A stretch of DNA of 64,000 nucleotides from Naegleria gruberi (taxonomy: Eukaryota): the NCBI GenBank assembly GCA_000004985.1, contig GG738903.1; one strand, 5' to 3'. Below the pieces are notes generated by a model that was given only the letters and a program-made list of their open reading frames with translations, was not told the origin of the DNA and searched no databases. Below, piece after piece: positions 10,320 through 21,786 of this stretch. A program made the position numbers and the translations under genes. Every line of letters starts with the position of its first letter. Position 1 is the stretch's first letter.

Positions 10320-11861
10320 TTATTCAAATGTACAAATTGCAACATCACAAAGTGACCTTGATCTCTCGCTCAAAATTGGTGCTGACATTTTCACAACCTC
10401 CAAATAACTCATTGCAATTGGATGTTCATAATTGGTAATGTTAATAATCTTTTTGAATATTTGTCGAGCAGCTTTGTAATCCTTAACAGCAATTGCAACT
10501 CTACCAACACCAATCATGGATCTAATTTCAAGAGAATTCATTTGTAAACCACATTCAAAATTATCAATTGCTTTTTGGTAATGTCTGATATGTCTCAAAC
10601 CTTCTCCTTTAAAATAGAGAACCTCTCTCTTCATTCTACTGTCTTCTATCAGATCATCTGCTCTGTCGAAGAATAATTCTGCCAATGACTTGTGAGTGTG
10701 CACTCTGTTCACGCTATTCATCAAGTTGATTGTCTTTCTGGTGCAGAAATTATTCTTATTAATGTCAGTGGCCACATCATTTGGATTCAGTTCGTGATGA
10801 TCAGAAGAGCAAGTGCATTTCTCATGACAGGTTGAGTATAATCTGGATAACATTGCCTCACAGACAACACCAATTCCAGAATAGGCAATACAGTAAGAGG
10901 TCCTACTATCATAGGCCAATGTTGGATTATTCCTCACTTGTGTATATTCCTTGTTTTGAAGCAATTCAATGAGATCTGAAATTCTGGCTGGATCCAATCG
11001 TGTTGGGTTAATTCTGAAAATTTCCTTTCCCATCAATGCATAAGTTACTTGGATAATGAGTAAGAAACAATCCAGAGCTTCTGAGAATCTATTCAAACAC
11101 AACAATGTCAATCCCTTATTCAAAATGGTCAAACAAGCTCCACTATATCTCAACAGGTAGAATCTATCGTAAACACCTCTCTTGTATCTTTCCTCAACAG
11201 GTGAAACATTGCCAAAATTTGGAGCAAGATATTGAACACTTCCATTCTTTTCATCAGCTGGAAGAGTCAAAATATTTTCACATTGTCTTGCCAATTGATG
11301 GTCATTGCTCATCTGATTAAAGATGTGATCGTCTGGATGAATGGTGCTCACTGTGAAATTATCAATTGCCAATGCAATTGCCTTATTGTATGTTTCCAAA
11401 CTGGAATTGAAATCTTCCTGTAAAAAATAGCAATTTCCCAAAGCATTGTAAACTACATCAAATGATCTGTTAGTCATTGCAATACATTTCTGAAATGTTT
11501 CCATTGCCTTTTTGAATTCTCCTCTTTCATTGAATGCATTTCCTTTTATAACGTAGGCCCATCTATGTTTTGGATCTAATTGTAAAACCTTCTCTTCAAC
11601 TTTGATTGCCTCTGAAAAGTTGGCGCTCACATAATGAGTCACTCCTTTATGGTAAAGAGCTGTTTGATTTCCAATAAATTATACGAAACAATGTTAATGT
11701 TAATAATAGAATGAATGAAACAAACCTTCAATGTGATTAGGTGAAATGTCTAAAATTTTATCAAAGTAATCAGCAGCTTCCTTAAACTTTCCCTTCGCAT
11801 ACAAATTCGAAAATCCCCTTTCGAATAATAAGGCTATAGGCATATTATCTGTACTGGCCAT
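10320..11861 (-). CDS. TPR-repeat protein (about 491 aa), two exons
   Basis: Model join(complement(11726..11861), complement(10320..11659)). Exon 1 is MASTDNMPIALLFERGFSNLYAKGKFKEAADYFDKILDISPNHIE. Donor G|GTTTGT; 66-nt intron; acceptor AAACAG. Exon 2 continues ALYHKGVTHYVSANFSEAIKVEEKVLQLDPKH... and has multiple TPR-like A/Y/F-x-x-G-x-x-x-x-x-x-x-x-A-x-x-x-F units. Confidence 0.65.
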
Positions 11862-12129
11862 GTTATATATTAGTTAGTTAATAAGAAGTTATTGTTATGT
11901 AATAGTTTACAATAATGGTGTAGTGGTGTGTTGGAGTGAATATTAATTAGTTTAATATTCAATAGATATATAGTACAGAGTAAATATGATACAAGTATGT
12001 GTGTGTTCCCGAAACAATAAAAAGATAGAATGAAAAAACCAATATCGAACACTTCTGATGTTGTTGTTTAGTTTTTTTCTCTTATTGTTTGCTAATGTTT
12101 TAAACAACAGTTAAAAGTTTAAATCCGAG

Positions 12130-12420
12130 AGATGATGGATTTCAATGGGATTTGGATGGATAACTCTCTAAACCAAGATCTGAGGTAATGGGTTGAATGA
12201 TGGATATTGTATTGATGGAGGATGGTTTAATAATGGGTTGGCTGATAGTGTTGCTAGTGCTGATGATGATGATGTACTGTTTTTGTTGTTGGATTTGGTT
12301 GAAACTGTTCAGAAAGGTCCTGAGATGGCAGTTGTGTGTTGTATTATGATGAGATGTTGAGTTATTGTTTTGTGTTGTTATGCTTGATTTTGTGATGATG
12401 GCAATTGGCATTGGAGAGAT
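12130..12420. repeat. G/T-rich (top strand) low-complexity tract with (GATG/TGATGG)n-like degenerate microsatellite
   Basis: Runs such as gatgatggatttcaatgggatttggatgg...gctgatgatgatgatgtactg. Minus-strand N/Q/T/S-rich ORFs here (12142–12411; an 81-codon ATG ORF from 12610) may be compositional artefacts. Confidence 0.4.
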
Positions 12421-12690
12421 ACTGAATGTTGATCAATTCCAGTTCATACACAAGAGCATAACAATTGTTGTCATGTTGTTGTTGTGGAAAGGAACGTGTG
12501 TTAGGAGGTTTCGGTAAATTGTTGAAGATTGTTATTGTGGAAAGTCTACTATTTAGAAACAAACATTTCTTGTTAAAACTGAGACAGTTGTAATCATCTC
12601 CTTCCATATGAATGGCAATCTCGCGTTTTTTAAAAAGTGGATGCACCCAACAAATATGGTAAGGAAATTCGTAAGAAAGAAAAAAAGTAG

Positions 12691-12763
12691 TGGAGATGCG
12701 GGGTATCGATCCCCGTACCTCTTCCATGCTAAAGAAGCGCTCTACCATGTGAGCTACATCCCC
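12691..12763 (-). tRNA. tRNA-Ala (anticodon AGC)
   Basis: The reverse complement reads GGGGATGTAGCTCACATGGTAGAGCGCTTCTTTAGCATGGAAGAGGTACGGGGATCGATACCCCGCATCTCCA. The anticodon loop TTAGCAT gives AGC, a G3:U70 pair is present, and the T-arm GGGGATCGATACCCC matches eukaryotic tRNA-Ala. An oligo-T terminator follows on the minus strand (aaaaaaag on plus). Confidence 0.85.
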
Positions 12764-12905
12764 TTACATATGTGTTATTGGAAGTATATCTAGGCAGATA
12801 AAAGAGCGAGTACCAAGCCTTCAGTACTTGTGCTGGTACAATGATAGAAGGTTTTGGCAGAGTTAGAATTGAGAATAGATTGATTTACCTAATCCTTAAT
12901 TACTG

Positions 12906-14285
12906 TTAATTCAAAAGGGAACAAATAATATTTGTAATAGTCTTCCCTCCATCAAAGTCAATGTCGTTTCTTTTGTTTTTCTGTTGTTGTGTTATCATAT
13001 TGTTGAGAACAGTGTTAGCTTTTTCAAACAGTGATGGAAGAGCATTAATAACCACATCTCCTTCTACCTTGGAAACACATGAATCTCCAATGTTTTCTAT
13101 TAAGGCCTTCTCCGTATAAGGGTGTTCTATCATACCATATCGTTCCAAATATAATGTTGGTATCTTGTGGAATAGAACTTCTGTTACAGTACCATATGAA
13201 GTTTTACCAACAAGAACATCAACAGCCAAAAGTAAATCTCTTGCAAAATCAATATTTTCCTTCTCAAGATCTAGGAATGAAAAATTGACAACATTTGGCA
13301 TCCTATTTTCTACAGAACTTCCACACATTACAATTACTATCCAATCGTCTGGAATGTTCCATTCCAATTGCTTTTCTTGAAGAAGGGTTGGTGAAGGAAA
13401 GCTTAACCCACCAAATGAAAACATCATAATCTTGTAATTCTTATTGGAAGGCATCTTGGATTTAGAAATAACCCAATCTTTCATATACTCTTTAGTGTAT
13501 TTTGTATTTTTAATAGTTGTCGTAATAGGCCAACTATTTTCTGTAGACTCGATAATTGTATCCGATCCAAATGGTAATTCGTTTGTAGAGTAAGGCAGTT
13601 GGATAAAAATGTCAGTCTTTCCATGTATAGAGTATAGAGATCTACATTGCTTTACCATGAGTTCCTTTTCTTCCTTTAACTTGGAATAGTTCACATCAAG
13701 TCCATCAATATTTCCAACAATTTCATCTGTACTCTTTGGAAGAGAAATGTGAGACATTGAATGTTCATAAATGTACTCCCAACACCAATTACTTATTCCA
13801 ATAGAGAGCGGCAGGCGACTTTCCAATCCATATTTTCTGTTGAGCCTCTTTGCCATTACTGGAGCAATTTCAGGAACATCCCACACAATTAGCTCAATCT
13901 GGTAAGGTTCCAGAAATTGTTCAATCTCACAAATCATTGAATTTTCAGTTGGAATTCCATTGTGATCCTGTTCATCCCCATACAAACATTCAAAGTGTTG
14001 ACTCCAATGTTTTTTCCATCGCTCAATTGTTTTACAAGGAGATGTTGATACAGAATTTTGTTCCTCAATCAATCCTACAGAAATCTTTGTTCCTAAAATT
14101 CTAATCTGTTGTTCTGGTATTTCCTGAAGTCTCTCCTTGAGGAAGAACCTATTCACTCCACTCACAATATGAAAGATAGCACTCGGGAAGTTTTTATGTA
14201 ATTCATTCAATACTGGAGCAAGCCTAGCAGTATGTCCAATTCCGTGATCCGATATAAAGACAGCAATATGGGAAATATTCATCAT
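12906..14285 (-). CDS. GT-B fold glycosyltransferase-like protein (459 aa)
   Basis: Starts ATGATG at 14285. N-terminal FISDHGIGHTARLAPV resembles the Gly-rich nucleotide-sugar-binding N-terminus of GT1/GT28 enzymes. C-terminal VLVGKTSYGTVTEVLFHKIPTLYL resembles the GT-B C-terminal donor-binding motif. Confidence 0.45.
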   Translation of the reverse strand: MMNISHIAVFISDHGIGHTARLAPVLNELHKNFPSAIFHIVSGVNRFFLKERLQEIPEQQIRILGTKISVGLIEEQNSVSTSPCKTIERWKKHWSQHFECLYGDEQDHNGIPTENSMICEIEQFLEPYQIELIVWDVPEIAPVMAKRLNRKYGLESRLPLSIGISNWCWEYIYEHSMSHISLPKSTDEIVGNIDGLDVNYSKLKEEKELMVKQCRSLYSIHGKTDIFIQLPYSTNELPFGSDTIIESTENSWPITTTIKNTKYTKEYMKDWVISKSKMPSNKNYKIMMFSFGGLSFPSPTLLQEKQLEWNIPDDWIVIVMCGSSVENRMPNVVNFSFLDLEKENIDFARDLLLAVDVLVGKTSYGTVTEVLFHKIPTLYLERYGMIEHPYTEKALIENIGDSCVSKVEGDVVINALPSLFEKANTVLNNMITQQQKNKRNDIDFDGGKTITNIICSLLN

Positions 14286-14455
14286 AAAAAGAAAGTTTTA
14301 ATGGTGTAACAATCTGCCAAGTAAGAGTATCAGAATTTAAATATTATTAAAATGTTGTCGATGGAGGAGTTAAATAGTTGCTGCTGTTTTTTTCAGCTTC
14401 ATCAAGCTTGGCTTCCGACTAGCTATTGTAATCTCGTTGAAAAAATTTAAAAAAA

Positions 14456-15365
14456 AATGTTGAGACTCAGCAAGAACATTATCCGATCATCAAAGGTGAG
14501 CAATCATTATTGAAGCAAATTATTAAATCATTAATCGACTTGTTCTGTATTTTACTAAAATCTTGTATATGTAAATTTATCATCATCTAAAAATTTAGAA
14601 CACCAGATTTGCTCTTTTGTCTACTCAAAGAGCCACTTACTTTACTGATGCCTTCAGTGAAAGCGATAAATTCGCCAAGGAATTGAACAAAGTACGTCAT
14701 CATCTTGTTTTTATATAATAACCATCAATAGTATCCAGTTATTACCGAAGGTTTCGGTGGTGAATATGCTCAACAATTGTTCAGACACGGTTATAACACT
14801 AGCCAATTGGGATACATCAAGTTGAGTGTACGTACATTGTTCTTATTGTTAATTAATTTATTGTTGATTTTTGATGTTGTGATGATGATTATAAAAATCT
14901 TAGCTCGAAGAAACCTTGTCTTTCTTCAAGAAGGAAGGTACTCCAATCACTCAAAACAATGCCGCTCTTACTAAATTCTTGAAGGATGCTGGTGTTGCTC
15001 CAGAAGTTGCTACTGATTTGTTGACTACTGTCTATCAAAGAGGTCAAGAAGGTATCTTTGATACTATTGTTGCTCAATTCAACAAGTTATACAATGCTCA
15101 TTTCCAAATTGCTTATGGTAAATTGACTTTGCCACAACCACTTTCCACCAAGTATACTACTTTCTTGCACCTTATGAAGATGGCTGCTGTCGGTACCCTT
15201 GCTCCAGTTAAGACTAAGGTCAACTTTACTTCAGACATCTTGCCTTCCGATCTCGGTGGTTGGAGAGCTGACGTCGGTGAAGACTCTATTGATAAGTCTT
15301 TCGTGACAGAGCTCGGTAAGATTATTTCTGATGAAAAGCAAAACTCTGTTTTGAGATCCCTCTAA
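14456..15365 (+). CDS. mitochondrial ATP synthase OSCP (subunit 5/O), four exons
   Basis: Model join(14456..14494, 14599..14691, 14732..14827, 14904..15365). Exon 1 MLRLSKNIIRSSK is a presequence. Donors are GTGAGC, GTACGT, GTACGT; acceptors TTTAG, AATAG, CTTAG. The C-terminus SDLGGWRADVGEDSIDKSFVTELGKII fits the OSCP C-terminal consensus (S.LGG..V..G....D.S). Codon bias is GGT/GCT/CCA/AAG. Confidence 0.7.
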
Positions 15366-15467
15366 ATGTAGAACAACAACAATAATAATTAAAATGGGCT
15401 TTTGGTCTTGAAGATTTCAGCTTCTATTGCAGATTCTCAAATAAAAATTTAAAAATTCAATAATTTA

Positions 15468-16061
15468 TTAAACATTGGAAGGTAAATTATTGAATGAAAT
15501 TTGGTGTATTTCATTATCACCAAAAATTAAAGCAAAGGAATTGAGAGTGAAATCAAACTGTTTAGCTGATGAAGTTATTTCACTTAATTCCGATCTATAT
15601 TTCTCATCTGTATATGCTATTGAGACATGTGACTCGTTCTCATTGTATGCAATCGTTCCCTTAGTTAATTCTCCACATTTTCTTCTGAATTGAAGAAATG
15701 ACATTTGATCTTCAATGAATTTCTCAATCTTTATACTTGCAAAGAGACAAATCACCTTCTTATCTTTGATTCTATCCACATCTGATACATGAAAAGAGTC
15801 TACCGAAGCCTTGAATGGATATAATTTGTTTTCTGGATTATTTACAAAATCCTTAACTGCTTGAAGAGCAGTTTCCTTGTATTCGTTCGGAATCTTCACA
15901 ACAAGAGTAGAGTGAAAATTGTGTTGTGGTTCTCCTTTAATTTTATGACCATGATTGTCCAATCGCCATTCCTTCTCCACAAGATTATAAATATTTTCGA
16001 ATGATCTGGCAACATCATCTTCCATCTTTAAGCAACTGTACCCAAATTTACGTGGAGCCAT
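15468..16061 (-). CDS. 2H phosphoesterase superfamily protein (LigT/CPDase/Usb1-like)
   Basis: Two H-x-[ST]-x motifs, NFHSTLVV and ESHVSIAY, sit about 90 aa apart. ATG at 16061 (MAPRKFGY...). The track start at 16076 is TTG. Confidence 0.5.
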   Translation of the reverse strand: MAPRKFGYSCLKMEDDVARSFENIYNLVEKEWRLDNHGHKIKGEPQHNFHSTLVVKIPNEYKETALQAVKDFVNNPENKLYPFKASVDSFHVSDVDRIKDKKVICLFASIKIEKFIEDQMSFLQFRRKCGELTKGTIAYNENESHVSIAYTDEKYRSELSEITSSAKQFDFTLNSFALIFGDNEIHQISFNNLPSNV

Positions 16062-16096
16062 TTTTTTTGTAAACAATTAGCAATTTCAAAAGTGCA

Positions 16097-17272
16097 TTAA
16101 TTTATCAAATCATCGAGCCAATCATCTAAATCACCTGCTTTCTCTTGGGTTTTTGGGTTTTCTGGAGATGTTTGTTTTGGCAGTGTTGCTGATGTTGTAG
16201 GAATGGATTGGGTAGAGATTGGAAGGGTTGGGTTAATTGGACTAGTAATTTTCGGAATTGTTGCTGAGCTAGATGAAGGGTTTGGATGCATTGAAAGTAA
16301 ATCATCCAGAATGTCATCATTCTTCAAATCAATTTTAACTGGTTCAACTTTAGGTTTTGGAAGTGTGAAAGTGGTGTGCTTGACTTCATTTTCCATAATT
16401 TCATCCAGAATGTCCATTGAATCGTCTTGTTTCTTTTCTGTAGTTTGTTCTTGTTGGGTGGTTATTTGCTCGACTGGTGCTTTGGTTGGTACACTTGGTT
16501 CTTCTTGCATTGGTTCAGCATCGTTTTCACTATCAGATGAAATATCTTCCACTTGCTGTTGTTGTGTTGTCTTGGATTTCAAATATTGACTAAATGGTAC
16601 AAATGATGATGATGGTACATTTTCGGTATTTTCTTCTGGTGAGCTATTGGATGGGAAAGGTTGAATGTCAATTAACTTTAATCTTCTTTCAACAGAAATA
16701 CTTGGATCCTTGAGCAAAGTTGCCAATTTAGATTGATCCAAGTAGAATAATTTTGACATTATAGAGTCAGCATCTGATGAATCTAATTTTTCTTCTTCCC
16801 ATTCCAATAATCCTCTAGAAGTTCCTGGTGATGCAAATGACTGTGTCAAAGTTACACTATTAGAAATCATCATCATGGTTTCCTTTTCCATTCTATTTAA
16901 TTCATGTTGTAATTTTGCTTGAAATTTCCTTTCTTCTGCTTCTGGTGTTTGCACTTCATCGTCTTCCTCCGATTTAAATCTAAAAGAATTATCAACAAGA
17001 GATCTTTTACCATATTTTGCTCTCTTTAAATTTTCCTCTTGTTGCATCATTTCAAGTTCCTCCTGATCAACATCTTCATTATCATTCACAGTTTGAATGC
17101 TTCTTCTAAATCCAGTACCAGACATTTGTCCAGTGATCATGAAATGTTTATTCGATCGGGATGATGAATGTTGTTGATGTTTCTTGTTTTTAGTATGAAA
17201 CTTGGAAGGCTTCTTCTTGACTTCTCCTCCCGAAGATGATGAAGCATTGGTTTTACTTTTCTTTTCGCTCAT
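16097..17272 (-). CDS. acidic Ser/Glu/Thr-rich low-complexity protein (391 aa)
   Basis: ATG at 17272. Compositionally biased with a K-rich N-terminus. No domain assignment. Confidence 0.45.
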   Translation of the reverse strand: MSEKKSKTNASSSSGGEVKKKPSKFHTKNKKHQQHSSSRSNKHFMITGQMSGTGFRRSIQTVNDNEDVDQEELEMMQQEENLKRAKYGKRSLVDNSFRFKSEEDDEVQTPEAEERKFQAKLQHELNRMEKETMMMISNSVTLTQSFASPGTSRGLLEWEEEKLDSSDADSIMSKLFYLDQSKLATLLKDPSISVERRLKLIDIQPFPSNSSPEENTENVPSSSFVPFSQYLKSKTTQQQQVEDISSDSENDAEPMQEEPSVPTKAPVEQITTQQEQTTEKKQDDSMDILDEIMENEVKHTTFTLPKPKVEPVKIDLKNDDILDDLLSMHPNPSSSSATIPKITSPINPTLPISTQSIPTTSATLPKQTSPENPKTQEKAGDLDDWLDDLIN

Positions 17273-17797
17273 TTTTTTATTTAAATTAATAATTATTTAT
17301 TTTTAATATTAAATAATTTACATTCTGAGTACTATGATGTTGTATCAGTCAATTTAGTATTATACATTGATATTTAATACTACTTTACAATTATTACTTA
17401 TTCCGAAGAATATCCAATGGATAACACAATTTTCCGTTAACATTTTAACATATCAAGTAAAAACAAGTGTGTTTCATCTTTCCATCACTATGAGTCATTC
17501 AATCCTCACAACATTTTATCATTATCTTCACAATATAAGAGTTACAAGTTGTCTTTAAATTCTCTGAGACTCCCTCTCTCTGTTACAAACCTCCAACCCG
17601 AAAATACTATAAATTCTTCTTCATCAATATTTTGCGCTTCTTTGAAAAAAAAGCCTTGATTGGATCAAAGGAAGCGCACACTCAAAGATAATTGTAGGTA
17701 CCCTCCTAAAGTTTTTGGAACTAAAAAGCCTTTTCGTTAATGTGATGATGTTGTTGTTGTGGTGTGAATTCATTAATTATCGTAACGGAATAGAAAG

Positions 17798-19918
17798 ATG
17801 AAGACTAAATATGTTTTGGTGATTGGTGGTGTTATTTCAGGACTTGGTAAGGGTATCATTGCCAGTTCCGTCGGTAGATTGTTGAAGGAAGCTGGTCAAA
17901 ATGTTACTAGTATCAAGATTGATCCATATATTAACATTGATGCTGGTACTATGTCTCCTTATGGTATGTTTTTCATATTTACATGATGATGTTCATTCTT
18001 ATTCTTTTCTACTTGTGCTATCTTCTCATTTGCTATTTGCCTTCTTGCATCCAAACGAACACTGTCCACTCTGCTTTGTTGTCTTAACTTTCCATTGAAT
18101 GAAACTGTGTGGGTCGTTGTGAAATTTTTTTTGATGCACATTTTGTTTGTATTTTGCTCTTTCCTCAATATGACCTTGTTTGGTGCTGTGATATCTTCGT
18201 CAATAATGGGCTCACTTTTCACACAATCTTTTTCACATGTACACTCTATAGAACATGGTGAAGTTTATGTTTTAGATGATGGTGGTGAAGTTGATTTGGA
18301 TTTGGGTAACTATGAAAGATTCCTTAATTTGAGACTCCACTCTGATAACAATCTTACTACTGGTAAGATTTACAAGTCTGTCATTGAAAAGGAAAGAAGA
18401 GGTGACTACTTGGGAAAGACTGTTCAAGTTGTTCCACACGTTACTAACGAAATTCAAGAATGGATTCGTCGTGTTTCTCTCGTTACTACAGATGTTGCCA
18501 TCTTGGAAAAGCATCCATCATCTAATCCTGATGTCTGTATTATTGAATTGGGTGGTACCATTGGTGATATTGAAGGAATGCCTTTCATTGAAGCTTTGCG
18601 TCAATTCCAACAAAAGGTTGGAAGAGAAAACTTCTGTTGCATTATGGTCAGTTTGGCTCCTGCTATTACTTCAGACAGTGAACAAAAGACTAAGCCAACC
18701 CAACAATGTGTCAGAGAATTGAGAGCTGTTGGTTTCTCACCAGATTTCATTGTTGTTAGATCCGAAGAAGTTTTGCAAAAGGCTGTCAGAGAAAAGATTT
18801 TCAACTTTTGTGGTGTTGAAAGTGTTGACCACGTTATTGGTTGTCACAATATGAGAAATCTCTTGGCTGTTCCAGAATTGCTTGCTCAACAAGGACTCGG
18901 TAAATTGATTCAAAAGAGACTTGGTTTGCAACAAAAGAGTGATTTGCAATTCGATCAATTGCCAACATGGTCCACTTTTGTTTCCAAGTTCGACCAAGTT
19001 GATACTCAAAAGACTGCTACTAGAATTGCCATTGTTGGTAAATATACTGAACAACCTGATGCTTATCTTTCCATTCAAAAAGCATTCCAACACTCAAGCT
19101 TAATGTTGGGAGAAAAGATTGAACTCGTTTATATTGAAGCCAGTAATTTGGAACCAACTGAATGTACTGCTGAAGATGAAACTTCTTCTCAATCATCAGA
19201 TACTGAAGTTTACTCGACTAATTGGGATTTGCTCAAATCATGCCATGGTATTTTGGTTCCAGGTGGTTATGGTATCAGAGGTACTGAAGGTAAAATTGCT
19301 GCTGTCAAGTATGCCAGAGAAAATAATATTCCATACTTGGGTATTTGTTTGGGTATGCAATTGGCAGTTGTTGAATTTGCTAGAAACGTTCTCGGATATA
19401 GCAATGCCACTAGTGAAGAATTCAATGGTGAACAAGAAGAATCAGAAAAGAAGCACAGAAAGAAGAGAGTCGATCCAAAGAATGTCATTGTTTACATGCC
19501 AGAAATTTCCAAGACTCATTTGGGTGGTACCATGAGATTAGGTTCAAGAACTACCATCTTTGTCAATTCACCTGTTGGAGATGATAGCGAAATTGAAAAC
19601 CTTGAAGGATCTCTCTTATCTAAGTCAAAGATTTTCGAATTGTACGGTAAGAAGCCAAGAACTAATGAAAGACACAGACACAGATATGAAGTCAATCCAA
19701 ATTTGGTTCCAGAATTCACAAAGCAAGGACTTATCTTTGTTGGTCAAGATACCACCAGACAAAGACAAGAAATTTGTGAAATTTTGACTCATAACTACTT
19801 TGTTGCTGTCCAATACCATCCAGAATTCCAATCAAGCTTGGAAAATCCAAGTCCACCATTTGTTGGTTTGGTTAAATATTCTGCCGAACAAAAGAGAAAG
19901 GTAGAAACTCAACAATAA
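17798..19918 (+). CDS. CTP synthase (610 aa), two exons
   Basis: Model join(17798..17963, 18252..19918). Exon 1 is [55 protein letters not shown]. Donor G|GTATGT; 288-nt intron; acceptor TATAG. Exon 2 continues [24 protein letters not shown]... The GATase domain has GICLGMQ and HPEF. Total 1833 nt, in frame. Confidence 0.85.
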
Positions 19919-20029
19919 TTGCGATGTAAATAAAATTTTGTACAAACAAACATTCAGTTTGAACTTTAATAAATTATTTTGTTGAGATTTTAAGGTGTTG
20001 GCTTAATTAGAAGCAACTACCTTTAACAT

Positions 20030-21106
20030 TTATCTGATATCATCAAAGTATCTGTGTTCCAAAGCTTCCTTTGCAGTGATACGCTTATTTGGTTGATAGA
20101 TCAACATACGCTTAAAAGGTCAATTAGATCAAAATAATTATTTAAAAAACTTACACCCAAAAGATCAATACCAGCTTCACAAAGGTTTGGAACCAAACCA
20201 CCAATGAAATTACCACGCCAGTTAGGGAAGATTGCCTTCCAGTTTGGTAATGAAGTAACACCACTCCACACAGTTTCTGATGGTGTGCCCAATAATTGGA
20301 AGATCTTGTAGAGCATATCAATTTCAGAGTCTGCTGGGAATAATGCTTGTCCAGTACATAATTCAGCAAAAATACATCCAATACTCCACAAATCGATTGG
20401 TGTTGAGTATCTCTTGGCACCCAACAAAATTTCAGGAGCTCTATACCATAATGTTACGACTTCATGAGTGAGAGTTCTTGTTGGAATTTGGAATGCACGA
20501 GCCAAGCCAAAATCGGCCAACTTGATATCGCCTTCAGAACTGATTAAAATATTTTGTGGCTTCAAGTCTCTGTGAATAATTCTTTGGGAGTGGCAGAATG
20601 CAATACCTTTGAGGATTTGGAAGAGGGTAGTCTTCACATCTTGTGGAGGAATGGTTTGTTTGAGAACTTTTCTATAATAGTCAGTCTTTTTCTTTAAATC
20701 GTGATCAATAAATTCAAAAACAAGATTAAGTTGTTGGTCGCAGTGAATAACTTGATGAAGTCTCACAACATTTGGGTGGTTCAATTCTTTTAAAAGAGAA
20801 ATTTCTCTGATTGAAGTGGAAGGAACACCTTCATCTTCTTGTTCGAGTCTGACTTTCTTCAGGGCTACAATTTGTCCAGTTTGTGTATCTTCGGCCTATT
20901 CATTATTATTACATAATATAGTATTATTTGAAAAAGTATGAATAAGAGTCAATTCAAAAATTGATACAAACCTTGTAGACAACTCCGTAGGTTCCTTCAC
21001 CAACCTTTTCCAACTTTTTATACCTCAAAAGCTTTTGGGAGACTGGAGAGTATTGTTGCTTTTCACTCATGGAGAATTGATCCTCTGGACTTGCAGTGAA
21101 TGACAT
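20030..21106 (-). CDS. cyclin-dependent kinase (PSTSIRE variant of PSTAIRE), three exons, 318 aa
   Basis: Model join(complement(20972..21106), complement(20155..20895), complement(20030..20110)). Exon 1 ends ...[13 protein letters not shown] with donor GTTTGT; the intron is 76 nt with acceptor AATAG. Exon 2 contains [35 protein letters not shown]...[10 protein letters not shown]...DFGLAR...WYRAPE and ends ...GIDLLG with donor GTAAGT. The second intron is 44 nt. Exon 3 is [26 protein letters not shown]. Confidence 0.8.
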
Positions 21107-21354
21107 GATGTTTATGATGGAATAATAATTTAATAAATATATTTAACAGGAAGGGAAATGTTAGATCGACTATAGAATGTAGACACAATATGTTACAATT
21201 TATAGACAATGGAAAGAGGAGCGCGAATATAATCAGCAAAATAGTACTATCAATCAATGATTGCGTTTATTTGCTGCTTTGGAGTGAGAGGAAGAGAGTA
21301 GTGTGTTTGATTTTTTTTTGTTGCTTTTTTTGAAATTGAATTGTACCTAAAAAA

Positions 21355-21365
21355 TGGCGCCAAAA
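21355..21365. promoter_or_regulatory. E2F-type motif TTTTGGCGCCA (read on the minus strand) about 250 bp upstream of the CDK start
   Basis: tggcgccaaaa on plus is TTTTGGCGCCA on minus, matching TTTSGCGC with a palindromic GGCGCC core. It is intergenic, on the promoter side of the minus-strand CDK gene. Confidence 0.3.
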
Positions 21366-21786
21366 TCAAAATAACGGAAGGCATACATGACTGAAAAGTT
21401 AAGCACTTGTCATGACACTTGACGCAAACAGGTTTGGCAGAAAGAGTCTTTGGGTGTAAATTCCGATAGATACTGTAGTGATCTTTTGATCGTAATACTG
21501 CTAGGTTGTGAAAAATATTCGAAACGTGATATTTATAATTAAGGAACTATTCCTTAATTGAGTACTTGACGTTTTGTTCAGTTTTTTTCTGGTTTTGTTT
21601 CTGTATCCAATCGTTCATATCTTTTTGTTTTTTAGCTTCAGCTTCTTCAATGATGAGTTGTCTTTCCCTACTTTCTGCTTCACTACCACCAATTGACCAA
21701 GCAATGGCACATCGTTTCTCATCTGTTGTGACTTGTTTATCATCTAAATGATTCAGAGAGGGTATTCTTGAGATGATTGTCTTTCT

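Noticed and set aside
12362-12748. 128-aa minus-strand ORF
   Set aside because: It overlaps tRNA-Ala (12691–12763) on the same strand and runs through a low-complexity GT-rich tract. It is an ORF-finder artefact.
14456-15365. Entamoeba-like origin (GTTTGT introns, AT-richness, LRR and GTPase expansions)
   Set aside because: The window encodes a presequence-bearing mitochondrial ATP synthase OSCP subunit and a presequence-bearing dynamin-like GTPase. tRNA genes are solitary rather than in Entamoeba-style arrays, and a Zn2Cys6 factor is present.
17631-17640. TTTTGCGC upstream of CTP synthase as an E2F site
   Set aside because: It does not match TTTSGCGC (T at the S position). It is reported only as a near-match.
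18272-19831. Multiple 60–140-aa ORFs on both strands inside the CTP synthase gene
   Set aside because: All lie within or antisense to the strongly supported CTP synthase exon 2. They have no independent support.
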